Source of the DNA: Helicobacter sp.
Lineage (GTDB): Bacteria; Campylobacterota; Campylobacteria; Campylobacterales; Helicobacteraceae
DNA length: 64,000 nt
Direction: 5' to 3'
Assembly: GCA_022511145.1 (NCBI GenBank)
Contig: JAFLSC010000002.1
Span: forward strand, 4,208-68,207
A program made the position numbers and the translations under genes. The first letter of the stretch is position 1. Each line of letters begins with the position of its first letter. A model generated the notes under the pieces. That model made no database searches. It was not told the origin of the DNA and worked only from the letters and a program-made list of their open reading frames with translations. Below, in pieces: positions 1-9,390 of this stretch.

Positions 1-99
1 GAGCAAAGGCAAAAACACTAATCTTAGTATATAAAAGCTCAAAAAGTCTTGTTTCCCGAGATTCAAAAAATGCGATACTTGCGTTAATTCTTGTTTCAT
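1..99 (-). CDS. 5' part of a hypothetical, possibly membrane, protein; runs off the window edge
   Basis: ATG at 99-97 overlaps the upstream TGA (ATGA), with an AAAGGAG RBS; reads MKQELTQVSHFLNLGKQDFLSFYILRLVFLPLL with no stop before base 1. Confidence 0.5.
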   Translation of the reverse strand, partial: MKQELTQVSHFLNLGKQDFLSFYILRLVFLPLL

Positions 100-362
100 T
101 GCTCTCCTTTTATAGCCGCATAAATTTTTCTCGCCCATTGTGGAGCATTCTTATCAAAAAACACAATCTCCTGATTTTTGATTGTCATTACGGATTTGTA
201 AAAATGCGTATTGTCAAAAATCTCTACCCTTTTAGCAATTTTTATTGCACTAAGCAAATGGGCTAGGCTCTCATCATAACGTTTTAGAATCTCAGAAGTA
301 GGGATATTATGCCCTCCTTTTCCATTTGTCCCACAAAAGAACAAAGCCACCGGATTCTCCAC
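96..362 (-). pseudogene. Zeta-toxin/AAA-family P-loop protein with a large in-frame internal deletion
   Basis: N-terminal PVALFFCGTNG (start of Walker A) is joined directly to the C-terminal KGGHNIP..ILKRYDESL..IFDNT motifs; only 88 aa. Confidence 0.65.
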
Positions 363-640
363 TAGATAATCCCTTGATTTTTGAGATAAAGATTGGCATT
401 TTCAATACTTAACTCATAGCTTTTGTCTTTAGCCTCATTGATTTTACCCTCCGCTTCTAATTTCTCACAAAAAATATAATCATTAAGCGATTTTTTGGTA
501 ATTTCGTGTCCGTTTTGAAAGCTTAAATGAATTGAGATTTTGACATTTTCATAAATTTTTGGACTTAAAGTAGGGCGAATAGTCTCCAAATATTCTAAAG
601 CCTCTTGCTGTGTTTTTAATACCTCATAAGCTTTTTCCAA
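362..640 (-). CDS. Small hypothetical protein, putative antitoxin partner of the zeta-like gene
   Basis: 92 aa; TTG start with GGGAG RBS; its TAG stop overlaps the next GTG start (TAGTG). Confidence 0.5.
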   Translation of the reverse strand: MEKAYEVLKTQQEALEYLETIRPTLSPKIYENVKISIHLSFQNGHEITKKSLNDYIFCEKLEAEGKINEAKDKSYELSIENANLYLKNQGII

Positions 641-778
641 ATCATCTCCCTCTTTTGAATTACTAAACCCTAAAATTCAAAGGGTCATTTTACTTTTTTT
701 TAGCTAAATGTTCAAAGGTGGATTTTTAAATTTATGCTATAATCCAAATTTAAAGAAGCTTAAAATAGGATTTAGACA

Positions 779-1252
779 ATGGTAAAGCTCAAGGATTTTA
801 GCTCTTTAAATAAAATTGAATTTTATTTGATTTTAGCGTGGCGAAACAACCCAAATATAGCCTCTTTTATGAAAAATCAAAATGTTTCTTTAGAGGAACA
901 CGCTGCCTTTTTTGACGCACTTAAAAACCAAAAAACCAAAAAATATTTTTTGGTTTTTGATGAAGATGAACCCTTAGGCGTGATTCATTTTATTGATATT
1001 TGCAAGCAATCTTGCGAATTTGGACTCTATGCCAATCCCTACCTTAAAGGCAAAGGGCAAATTTTGATGAATACCCTAAAAAATTATGCCTTTGAAACTC
1101 TAAAGGTTAGAAAAATCACCGCTTGTGTTTTTAAAAATAACCAAAAAGCTTTGAGCTTATACCTTAAAAATGGCTTTGAAATCAACAAAGAGGACGAACA
1201 AATGCTATACTTACAACTAAATAATGTGGGGGGGGGGATAAACTCCTTATAA
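779..1252 (+). CDS. pseH: UDP-4-amino-4,6-dideoxy-N-acetyl-beta-L-altrosamine N-acetyltransferase (pseudaminic acid pathway, GNAT)
   Basis: WRNNPNIASFM and EFGLYANP motifs, GNAT size; TATAAT upstream. Confidence 0.85.
   Translation: MVKLKDFSSLNKIEFYLILAWRNNPNIASFMKNQNVSLEEHAAFFDALKNQKTKKYFLVFDEDEPLGVIHFIDICKQSCEFGLYANPYLKGKGQILMNTLKNYAFETLKVRKITACVFKNNQKALSLYLKNGFEINKEDEQMLYLQLNNVGGGINSL
1228..1237 (+). repeat. G10 homopolymer at the 3' end of pseH (candidate slipped-strand phase-variation tract)
   Basis: ataatgt-GGGGGGGGGG-ata. Confidence 0.9.
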
Positions 1253-1301
1253 CTTTCTTACCGCTTCAGATAATTTTCCTGCCTCTCCAAAAGGTTGGGT
1301 G

Positions 1302-1931
1302 ATGAAAATTGCAATCCTAACTTCACCTAATCAATGGTTTGTGCCTTATGCAAAGGCTTTTAGCCAAAAGCAAAATATACCGCTCTTTTTGAATCCTGAA
1401 GAAATCAGAGGCTTTGAGGTTGTTTTTATCCTCTCCTATCATAAAATCCTTGATAAGAACTTTCTTAAACAAAATAAGCACAATCTTGTAATACACGGCT
1501 CAAATTTACCGCAAGGCAAAGGCTTTGCTCCACTTTTTCATCAAATCCTTGAAGGTAAAAATGAGATTGTTTTTACTCTTTTTGAAGCGAATGAAAAAGC
1601 TGATGCGGGTGCGATTTATCTGCAAAAAACCTTGCATTTAAAGGGCTTAGAACTCTATGAGGAATTAAGAGAAAAACAAGCTCTTATGTATTTTGAGCTG
1701 TGTTTGGAATTTTTAAAACTTTATCCTAACTTAAAAGCAAAAAATCAAAGCGGCAAGGAGAGCTTTTACCCAAAAAGAAGTCCCAAAGATAGTGAGCTTA
1801 ACCCAAATAAAAGCTTAGATGAGCAATTCAATCTCTTAAGAATTTGCTCTAATGAGGAATTTCCAGCCTTTTTCTACAAAGATGGCAAAAAATTCATTCT
1901 AAAAATTTATACTGAAATGGGGGGGATTTAA
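1302..1931 (+). CDS. Formyltransferase-family protein (probably a sugar N-formyltransferase)
   Basis: HGSNLPQGKGFAP and DAGAIY motifs of N10-formyl-THF formyltransferases; ends in a G7 tract at 1919-1925. Confidence 0.75.
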   Translation: MKIAILTSPNQWFVPYAKAFSQKQNIPLFLNPEEIRGFEVVFILSYHKILDKNFLKQNKHNLVIHGSNLPQGKGFAPLFHQILEGKNEIVFTLFEANEKADAGAIYLQKTLHLKGLELYEELREKQALMYFELCLEFLKLYPNLKAKNQSGKESFYPKRSPKDSELNPNKSLDEQFNLLRICSNEEFPAFFYKDGKKFILKIYTEMGGI

Positions 1932-1953
1932 ATTTTTAATTATACCCAAACTC

Positions 1954-2805
1954 TTACTTTTTTTGAGCTAGGATATACAAGGGATTGTAGGTTAAGGTAT
2001 TGTTAAAATCTTTTTGCAGGGCGGATAAAATTTGCTTTGTAATTTTAAAATTTGGTTTTAGGGCATTCACACCACTTTGTTTTAAGTGCCAAAAAGCCTC
2101 TAAGGGAGTGTTAAAATGCAATTTCTCCTGCCTCTCAAAAAGAGTGAGGATTTCCCATTGAGGAGCAAGGATTTTTTGATATTCCTCTAAGGTAAGATAA
2201 TCTAACCCACAACCGCATAATAGCCGAATCTCTTTAAGATTTTCTAACCCAAAAACCCCTAAGGCTAACACGCCACCTTGATAAGTAATGTAAGGCAAAA
2301 ACTCCAAAATCTCTTTTTGGTTTCCCCATTGTAATGCTGCATTAGAAAGTATCAGATGATTTTTTTGGCAAGAAAAAAGCATTTTAAGCAGAGAAAAATC
2401 CTCCATATCCGCACAAATAAACTCCACCTCACTTTCCCTAAAATAATCTGAAAAATCAACAATATCCAAAGCCCTATAAATCTTATATTCTAAAATTCCT
2501 AAAGCTTTTTTTGTCAGCATTCCGCTCCCACAACCTAACTCCAAAACATTCTCATAATATAAGGGCAAATGAGTTTTTAGCAACTCTAAAAGCGTGGATT
2601 GCATTTTATCTTGAATGAGGGCATTTTGGTTATAAGTAGAACTTGCTGCTAAAAAACTTCGGGTAAGATTTTGCTTTAGTGTAAGATTTGGTTTGAGTGT
2701 GGGATTTTCTTTGGGCTTAGGGGGAATATTATCCTTTAGTTTGGGTGATTTAGCGGGATTTTTGATATTTTTAGACTCTAGCAGGCTAGACTTCTTAGAA
2801 GCCAT
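1954..2805 (-). CDS. bioC: Malonyl-ACP O-methyltransferase BioC with a basic N-terminal extension
   Basis: FLAASSTYNQNALIQ, LELGCGSG SAM motif, SNAALQW; lies in a bioF-esterase cluster. Confidence 0.85.
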   Translation of the reverse strand: MASKKSSLLESKNIKNPAKSPKLKDNIPPKPKENPTLKPNLTLKQNLTRSFLAASSTYNQNALIQDKMQSTLLELLKTHLPLYYENVLELGCGSGMLTKKALGILEYKIYRALDIVDFSDYFRESEVEFICADMEDFSLLKMLFSCQKNHLILSNAALQWGNQKEILEFLPYITYQGGVLALGVFGLENLKEIRLLCGCGLDYLTLEEYQKILAPQWEILTLFERQEKLHFNTPLEAFWHLKQSGVNALKPNFKITKQILSALQKDFNNTLTYNPLYILAQKK

Positions 2806-3467
2806 TAAAGCCCCCTAAACAAATCTTGCAAATGAAAAAACGCAAAATGCGGAGCATCAAGAGATATGATTTGCGTTTTATGGGGATAAAAGTCGCTCCA
2901 AAAGCGGATTTGATTTTGTGAGGAAAAAATCAAATCATTTTTAGAAATTATCACCTTATCCCAAATCAAGTTTTTTTGAGGGCTACTTTGATGATTAAGT
3001 AGGCTTTTAAGCTCCTCTTTAAGCTCTTTTTCTTGCAAGAAAACATAATCTTTAGGGATTTCACCTAAAAAAAGATTTTGCAAAAATGCTTTTAAATCAA
3101 ATCTCTTAAGCGTAAGTGCAAAAAGTTTAGGCGGGATTCCGTATTGCTTATCAATCCCAAATTCTGTGCCATTAACCGCAATCTTTTGTGTGATTTGCGA
3201 TTCCTCAACGCCCCATTCTACAATCGCCTTATTTGCTACCCAAACTCCCATTGAAAAGGCTATTATGCTTATCTTTTTGTAACAAGCAAAAAGCTCAAAA
3301 ACTTCTTTTAGGGATTCTAAATCCAAACAACGATAATCACTAATGCAAATCCAATCTAAAGTTTTAGGGACAAAAGGGACAAAATGGCTAAAATGCCCTG
3401 CAAATCCTGCAAAGATTACTAAAAGTTCTTTATGATTGTTGGTGCTGCGATAAATATTCACTCTCAA
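2805..3467 (-). CDS. Pimeloyl-ACP methyl ester esterase (BioG/DUF452 type alpha/beta hydrolase)
   Basis: AFSMGV nucleophile elbow, NGT motif, C-terminal PHF; between bioF and bioC. Confidence 0.7.
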   Translation of the reverse strand: MRVNIYRSTNNHKELLVIFAGFAGHFSHFVPFVPKTLDWICISDYRCLDLESLKEVFELFACYKKISIIAFSMGVWVANKAIVEWGVEESQITQKIAVNGTEFGIDKQYGIPPKLFALTLKRFDLKAFLQNLFLGEIPKDYVFLQEKELKEELKSLLNHQSSPQKNLIWDKVIISKNDLIFSSQNQIRFWSDFYPHKTQIISLDAPHFAFFHLQDLFRGL

Positions 3468-4650
3468 TCTCCTTTAAAACACTCACAAGCTCTTGTAACT
3501 TTTCTTTGGGCATTGCACTTGTTAGTGAAAAACGCAAACAAGCTTTGTTTTTAGGCGTTGTGGGAGATTTTATAGCCGGAGAGAAAAATCCCTTTTGTGC
3601 TAAAGATTGCTGAAAAAATAGGGCTTTGTGATTAGTTTTTAAAACCAAGCTTATGATATTATAATCCCCCAAAACTTCATAATCTAACGCTTCTTTGAGC
3701 GATTTTTTAAAATTATAGCTTAGATTTTTGAGATGATTTCGCCTTGTTTTAAGATTTGCTAATTTTTGAAAATTAAAGAAACTTAATGCCACATTTAAAG
3801 GGGGCAGAGCGGTAGAGTAAATCAAACTCCTTGAATGATTGATAAAAAATTCACGATATTTTTCCCCGCACAGCACGCACGCCCCTACACTTCCCAAAGC
3901 CTTACCAAAAGTCAAAACCAAAAAATCAATCTCCCCTAATAAACCAAGCTCGACACTAAGCCCCAATCCCTTATCGCCAAAACTACCAATACTATGGGCT
4001 TCATCAAGATACAAATAAATATTTTCATACTTTTGCTTTAATGCAACCAAAGCCTTTAGGGGAGCAAAATCTCCTTCTATGCTAAAAAGCCCCTCACTAA
4101 GCACCACAATATTTTCATAATTTTTACTCTCTGATAAAATTGCTTCTAAATGTCGCATATCCTTATGATTATACCGCTTAAATGCCACTTTTTTAAAGCT
4201 TCTAAGTCCATCAAGACAACTTGCGTGAATGGATTTATCAGCAACAAACAAAGTATTTTTAAGTCCCGCTAAGCTTGAGAGAATACCCACATTAGCGTGA
4301 TAACCGCTATTAAAAAGTAGGGCTTTTTTGGGGAGTAGATTCTGCGGTGCGTTATAGGATTTAAAAGTCTGCTCCAAAAATTCTTCAAATTCTCCAAAAA
4401 TTAAAAAATTTCCACTCAAACTTCTTGAAGAAGATGCACTTAAATAAAGATTTTCACGATAAAGCCTAGAGGAGAGAAATTCACTTTTAAGCTCCTCATC
4501 ACAAGCAAGATTCAAATAATCATTGCTCGCACAATTAAAGAGCCAACTTTTTTGTGTTGCAATCCATAATCCTTGGTGTTTTTGAGGGATAAATCGGCGG
4601 TAATTTTGCTCTTTCTCTAAAGTCTCTAAGATTTTATCAATTTGTTTCAT
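3430..4650 (-). CDS. bioF: 8-amino-7-oxononanoate synthase
   Basis: NCASNDYLNL, DEAHSIG, TFGKALG (PLP lysine). Confidence 0.9.
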   Translation of the reverse strand: MKQIDKILETLEKEQNYRRFIPQKHQGLWIATQKSWLFNCASNDYLNLACDEELKSEFLSSRLYRENLYLSASSSRSLSGNFLIFGEFEEFLEQTFKSYNAPQNLLPKKALLFNSGYHANVGILSSLAGLKNTLFVADKSIHASCLDGLRSFKKVAFKRYNHKDMRHLEAILSESKNYENIVVLSEGLFSIEGDFAPLKALVALKQKYENIYLYLDEAHSIGSFGDKGLGLSVELGLLGEIDFLVLTFGKALGSVGACVLCGEKYREFFINHSRSLIYSTALPPLNVALSFFNFQKLANLKTRRNHLKNLSYNFKKSLKEALDYEVLGDYNIISLVLKTNHKALFFQQSLAQKGFFSPAIKSPTTPKNKACLRFSLTSAMPKEKLQELVSVLKEIESEYLSQHQQS

Positions 4651-4678
4651 ATAAAATTTCTAGCAAGATTTTGTAAAA

Positions 4679-5821
4679 CTAGATATTTTCTAGGGCGTTG
4701 GCAAAATCTTGAAAAATCTGTGTGGATTCTAAAGGTCCCGGTCCTGCCTCGGGATGATGCTGATAGGAATAAATCAAAGCGTTTTTGTAACGCACACCCT
4801 CAATCGTGCCATCAAATAAATTACGATGAGTAATCTCGGCGACTTCTTGGATTGATTCAGGGATTGAATAGTTATGATTTTGAGCAGTGATTTCAACACT
4901 TTGGGTTAAAAGATTTTTAACAGGGTGATTACCGCCGTGATGCCCAAATCTAAGTTTATAAGTCTCATAACCAAAGGCAAGAGATAAAAGCTGATGCCCC
5001 AAGCAAATCGCAAAAATAGGGATTTTATATTCGATAAGCTCGTGGATTTGTGCGATTTCAGAGGTAAGCATTTGAGGGTCTCCGGGTCCATTGGAGAGGA
5101 AAACTGCATCAAATTCTTTATTATTAAAACGTTCTTTGAGCGTTTTGGCTTGAAAATTATGCGGGATAACCTCAACGCTAAAGCCTGCACTCACAAGCTG
5201 ATTAAGAATGCTTCTTTTTATCCCAAAATCAATCGCTAAGATTTTTTTGTAGGTTTGGGGCTTAGAATATTCCATTTTTTGAAAATCAAAGCGTCCTTCA
5301 ATATGAGTGTAAGGCTCTTTAGTGCTAACTTCTTTGATATAATTAATCTCTTCAATGCGAGGGGAATCTTTCAGCATTGCTTTAAGCTTTTCTTTGTCTT
5401 TAATTTCTGTGGAGGCAATCATCATCATTGCCCCTTCTTTACGCAATGTCTGCGTCAAAAAACGCGTAGGGAGCGAGCAAATCCCCATAACATTTTGTTC
5501 TTTTAAAAAATCCCCAAAGCTCATCGTTGCTCTAAAATTAGAATAATTTGCATTATAATGGTGGCATAAAATCCCCTTACAAAAGGCTTTCTTGCTTTCA
5601 CAATCTTGAGGATTCGCCCCTACTATTCCAATCTCTGGCATTGTCAAGCACACGAATTGCCCCGCATAGCTTGGGTCTGTTGCGATTTCTTGATAGCCTG
5701 TTATAGAGGTGTTAAAAACAAGCTCCCCTACTACACTGCCGCTTTTCCCAAAGCTCTTAGCCTCAAAAAACAAACCATTTTCTAAATACACCCACGCTTC
5801 TCTTAAGGTTTCCTCTCTCAT
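4679..5821 (-). CDS. carA: Carbamoyl-phosphate synthase small subunit
   Basis: GELVFNTSITGY, LSNGPGDP, ICLGHQ, HPEAGPGP. Confidence 0.97.
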   Translation of the reverse strand: MREETLREAWVYLENGLFFEAKSFGKSGSVVGELVFNTSITGYQEIATDPSYAGQFVCLTMPEIGIVGANPQDCESKKAFCKGILCHHYNANYSNFRATMSFGDFLKEQNVMGICSLPTRFLTQTLRKEGAMMMIASTEIKDKEKLKAMLKDSPRIEEINYIKEVSTKEPYTHIEGRFDFQKMEYSKPQTYKKILAIDFGIKRSILNQLVSAGFSVEVIPHNFQAKTLKERFNNKEFDAVFLSNGPGDPQMLTSEIAQIHELIEYKIPIFAICLGHQLLSLAFGYETYKLRFGHHGGNHPVKNLLTQSVEITAQNHNYSIPESIQEVAEITHRNLFDGTIEGVRYKNALIYSYQHHPEAGPGPLESTQIFQDFANALENI

Positions 5822-6369
5822 AGAAACCCTCTCTTTTTAAGCTCTTCTTGATAAAGTCTATCAAAAATCAAATCATACTCTTCACTACCAAAAACAATTT
5901 TTCGCTTATAATTATGGATTTTCTCACTCACAATCTCTTCTAACTCATCATAAGCTTTTACATAGCTATTAATTGCCTTAAAAATCACATTTTTAACCCG
6001 CGTTTCTGAAGTGGCATATTCAATCAAATCTTCCTCATAAAGCTCATCTAAAATCTTATGGGCAAGATGATTGTAGCGGTCTTCCCAGTTAAGAATGAAA
6101 TTTTCTTGTTGAGCTAATCTTTGCTTGATTTTCCAAAAAAGCTGATGTTCGTCTGCTTGCATAAATTCTATTTCCTCAAGATTTTCCTCCAAAATCTCGC
6201 GGACTTTATCTTCGATTTTCATTTCCTCTTGAATATCTTTTTCTATATACTTTTGAGCGACTTTTGCCACTCCTTCAATACCATATAAAACCTTTACAAA
6301 TCCGCAGTTTGATAAATCAATAGCAATTTTGTTTCCAATATAAGGAGCGTGTGGGAGTCTAAGTTTCAT
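5818..6369 (-). CDS. DUF507-family protein
   Basis: MKLRLPHAPYI start and C-terminal EEYDLIFDRLYQEELKKRG, typical of the Campylobacterota gene upstream of carA. Confidence 0.75.
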   Translation of the reverse strand: MKLRLPHAPYIGNKIAIDLSNCGFVKVLYGIEGVAKVAQKYIEKDIQEEMKIEDKVREILEENLEEIEFMQADEHQLFWKIKQRLAQQENFILNWEDRYNHLAHKILDELYEEDLIEYATSETRVKNVIFKAINSYVKAYDELEEIVSEKIHNYKRKIVFGSEEYDLIFDRLYQEELKKRGFL

Positions 6370-6576
6370 CGCATTACCTTGAATTTTTTTGGTATTTTAT
6401 CCTTTTCTTGCTAAGAAACAAATAAGAATACACCAAAATTTGCTTACTTTGATTTTAAAACCCTTTAGTGATTGAGTTATCTTAAATAGCATACATTTTT
6501 ACTATTTTAAGGTTTCCGCTCCTCTCTTAGATTTGTTATTTTCTTGTAGCATAATTATAAAATTCCTTTTAAATCC

Positions 6577-7767
6577 CTAGTAACTCATTTGCAAAGGTAA
6601 TTCCCATAAAGGCAGAAAAACCCCCAAAGCAAGCCATAAAATAAGCCCACCCAAACACACAATCATAAAAGGCTCTAAAAGCCCCAAAATACGCTCACTT
6701 TGTATTTGCAATCCTTCTTGATAAAACTCCAAAATCACACCCAAACTCTCCAAAAATCCCTCCCCATCTTTTGCCCCATAAAGTAGCTGTAAGCTCAAAG
6801 AATCCCACACTTTGCTTTTTTCAAAAGCTTCTGCTAAACTCAAACCTTGCTTGATAGACAAACCAATCCCTTGCAATCGTTCTTTTAAAAAAGCATTTTC
6901 TACGGCTTTGGTTGCAGTTTTTAGGGTAACTTCCAAACTAACCCCACTTTGATAAAGCCAATAAAAAGTTAATAAAAATTGATTGATTTGATGATAATAC
7001 AAAACTTTGCCTAGCACAGGGAGTTTTAGGATAAATTGTGCTATGATTTGCTGTAAATGTTGGGATTTTTGATAGCTCGCACTCAAAATCCCCAAAACCA
7101 CCCCCAAAAACAGCACGATGAAAATCCCATAATCTTCCAAAATCCAACGCATAAACAAAAGGCTTTGAGTCGCCAAAGGCAGCTTCCCCTCAAAAGTCAA
7201 AAACAAAGCCTCAAATTGCGGCAGAACAAAAAAGGTAATCCCCCAAAATACAAAAATCATCATCACCGCCACAAAAAGAGGATAAAGCAAGATTTTTTTC
7301 AAAACCTTTTGATTTTGATTGCGTTTTTTTAAACCCTCAATCACTAACCCCAAAGCCTCACTAAGCCTACCACCCTTATCGCCGATTTCTATCATTGCAC
7401 AAATAAATTCCTCAAATCCTGCAAGCCTGAAACACTCCCCCAAACTTTTGCCTTGATTAATGGCATTTAGAGCTCTTTGGAGTTGGATTTTAAGGGTGGG
7501 ATTTTGCGTTTTGCTTTGAGCTAACACCTCTTTAAAAGAAAGTTTAGCCCTAACCCCTAAGCTTAGCTGATAAAAAATACCCAAAAGCTCTTTGGTTGTT
7601 GGCTTCCTCAATCGCGAGAGCTTTTCATAAAAACTCTCAATAGGAGTGCATTCCAAACAAAGTTTATGGGATTTTTTAAGCCTAATAAGCAAGGCTTCTT
7701 TATTTTTAGCTCTAAAAGTTTCCTCTTTAAGCTTACCCTCTTGCTTGTAAAGCACTCTAAATCTCAC
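6577..7767 (-). CDS. ctsF: Type II secretion/type IV pilus platform protein (GspF/PilC; CtsF-like)
   Basis: Two GspF repeats, LLYP..V and LLEPFMIV..G motifs, three TM segments. Confidence 0.8.
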   Translation of the reverse strand: MRFRVLYKQEGKLKEETFRAKNKEALLIRLKKSHKLCLECTPIESFYEKLSRLRKPTTKELLGIFYQLSLGVRAKLSFKEVLAQSKTQNPTLKIQLQRALNAINQGKSLGECFRLAGFEEFICAMIEIGDKGGRLSEALGLVIEGLKKRNQNQKVLKKILLYPLFVAVMMIFVFWGITFFVLPQFEALFLTFEGKLPLATQSLLFMRWILEDYGIFIVLFLGVVLGILSASYQKSQHLQQIIAQFILKLPVLGKVLYYHQINQFLLTFYWLYQSGVSLEVTLKTATKAVENAFLKERLQGIGLSIKQGLSLAEAFEKSKVWDSLSLQLLYGAKDGEGFLESLGVILEFYQEGLQIQSERILGLLEPFMIVCLGGLILWLALGVFLPLWELPLQMSY

Positions 7768-7836
7768 TCCGCTCCTTTTATCTCAATTAAATTCAATCCT
7801 AATTGCTCTCTTGCTTTGTGGCTATTGCCTCGCAAA

Positions 7837-9336
7837 TCATCTTATCACCCGATAGATTTCTTTTAAATCCGTTTTGCCCTCGCTTACTTTCTTTAGAGCT
7901 TGAGTTTTTAGGGAGAAATTAGGATTTTTTTGTCTGATTTTCTCTAAAATCTGCTCTTTGGAGATTTTTTTATAAATAAAATCCTCCAAATCCCTATTCA
8001 TTAAAAGGATTTCAGTTATTGCTTCTCTCCCAAAATATCCACTATGATTACACATTTCACAACCCTTGGCGTGATATTCCTCTCCCTCTTTGGTTTTGCA
8101 AAATTCACAAAGTTTTCTCACAAGCCTTTGGGCTAAGATTCCGCTTAGTGATTGAGCGATAAAATAAGGCTCTATCCCCATATCAAGCAATCTTACAATC
8201 GTATCAAGGGCATCATTAGTGTGTAAAGTCGTAAAAACCAAATGTCCTGTAAAAGCCGCACTGATTGCTACTTGTAAGGTTTCTTTGTCCCTAATCTCCC
8301 CTACCATAATCACATCAGGGTCTTGCCTCAAAACACTCCTTAGAGCATTCGCAAAACTAATTTTATGATTCATCGCTACTTGGGAGATATGCGGGATTTT
8401 GTATTCCACAGGGTCTTCTAATGTGATAATTTTGAGATTTTTTTCTTTGATTTGATTAAGAATCCCATACAAAGTTGTGCTTTTCCCGCTACCTGTTGGA
8501 CCCGTAACAAACACTAAGCCATAAGGCAAACAAGAAAGAAAAGTAATATCCTCTAAAATCAAGGAGTCAAATCCTAATTCCTCTAAGGGGATTAAAGTTT
8601 TTTGTTGGTCTAAAATCCTCAAAACAATCGATTCTCCCTCCAAAAGCGGCAAAGTAGAGATTCTAAAATCCAAAGTTTTGGGTGTTTTTTGGTGAGTTTT
8701 AAGCACAAAAGAAAAGCGTCCGTCTTGAGGTAGCGTGTTTTCAGTAATATCTAAATGGGCTAGGAGTTTTAAACACGAGCTTAAGGGTGCAAAAAATTCT
8801 TCTTTGAAACAAAACCTCTCGAGCAAAACACCATCAAATCGCATTCTAATACGGCAAGTCTTAGTATCTTTTTCGAAATGCACATCGCTGGCTTTTTTGT
8901 TAAATGCCTCTTGCAAAATCACTGCAATTAGCTCCATAACACTCGAATTTTCATCGGGATTCTCTTGTGTAAGTTCATTAGAAATTTGCGTAAGCAATTT
9001 CAAGATTTTTTCTTCAATCTCCAAAACCTCTAAGGCACGATTGAAATCCTCTATGCTAATGTGTCCAAAACAAATTTCAAAATCAGGGAGGAGTTTTTTA
9101 AGCATTTCCTTATCTTGCCTTGAAAGCTCTTTAAGCAATCCTAAGTTTAGGATTTTGGGATTTTCCTCTTTGTTGCTAATAACAATACCTCCAAAGTGTC
9201 GCATTTGCTCCACACTCAAAAGCAAAGCCCATTCTTTTTTGATTGCCTTAAGTGTAAAAATTTTGCTCTCCCCTAGATTGCAATCTTGCAGGCTTAAAGG
9301 CACTTGCAAAGATTCTTTTGGGTTTTTATCTTGCAT
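7837..9336 (-). CDS. ctsE: GspE/PilB-family assembly ATPase (CtsE-like)
   Basis: ASDVHFE, LPQDGRF, GPTGSGKST, LRQDPDVIMVGEIRD, GHLVFTTLHTND, CxxC motifs. Confidence 0.85.
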   Translation of the reverse strand: MQDKNPKESLQVPLSLQDCNLGESKIFTLKAIKKEWALLLSVEQMRHFGGIVISNKEENPKILNLGLLKELSRQDKEMLKKLLPDFEICFGHISIEDFNRALEVLEIEEKILKLLTQISNELTQENPDENSSVMELIAVILQEAFNKKASDVHFEKDTKTCRIRMRFDGVLLERFCFKEEFFAPLSSCLKLLAHLDITENTLPQDGRFSFVLKTHQKTPKTLDFRISTLPLLEGESIVLRILDQQKTLIPLEELGFDSLILEDITFLSCLPYGLVFVTGPTGSGKSTTLYGILNQIKEKNLKIITLEDPVEYKIPHISQVAMNHKISFANALRSVLRQDPDVIMVGEIRDKETLQVAISAAFTGHLVFTTLHTNDALDTIVRLLDMGIEPYFIAQSLSGILAQRLVRKLCEFCKTKEGEEYHAKGCEMCNHSGYFGREAITEILLMNRDLEDFIYKKISKEQILEKIRQKNPNFSLKTQALKKVSEGKTDLKEIYRVIR

Positions 9337-9390
9337 TTCTCTTGTTTTCCTTATTTCTTGCGTTTTCTCTCCTCTTTAAATGCTTACTAT

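Noticed and set aside
1228-1304. Poly-G slippage fusing PseH to the formyltransferase
   Set aside because: The formyltransferase frame has TAA at 1239-1241 immediately after the tract, so no tract length gives a fusion; only coupling changes
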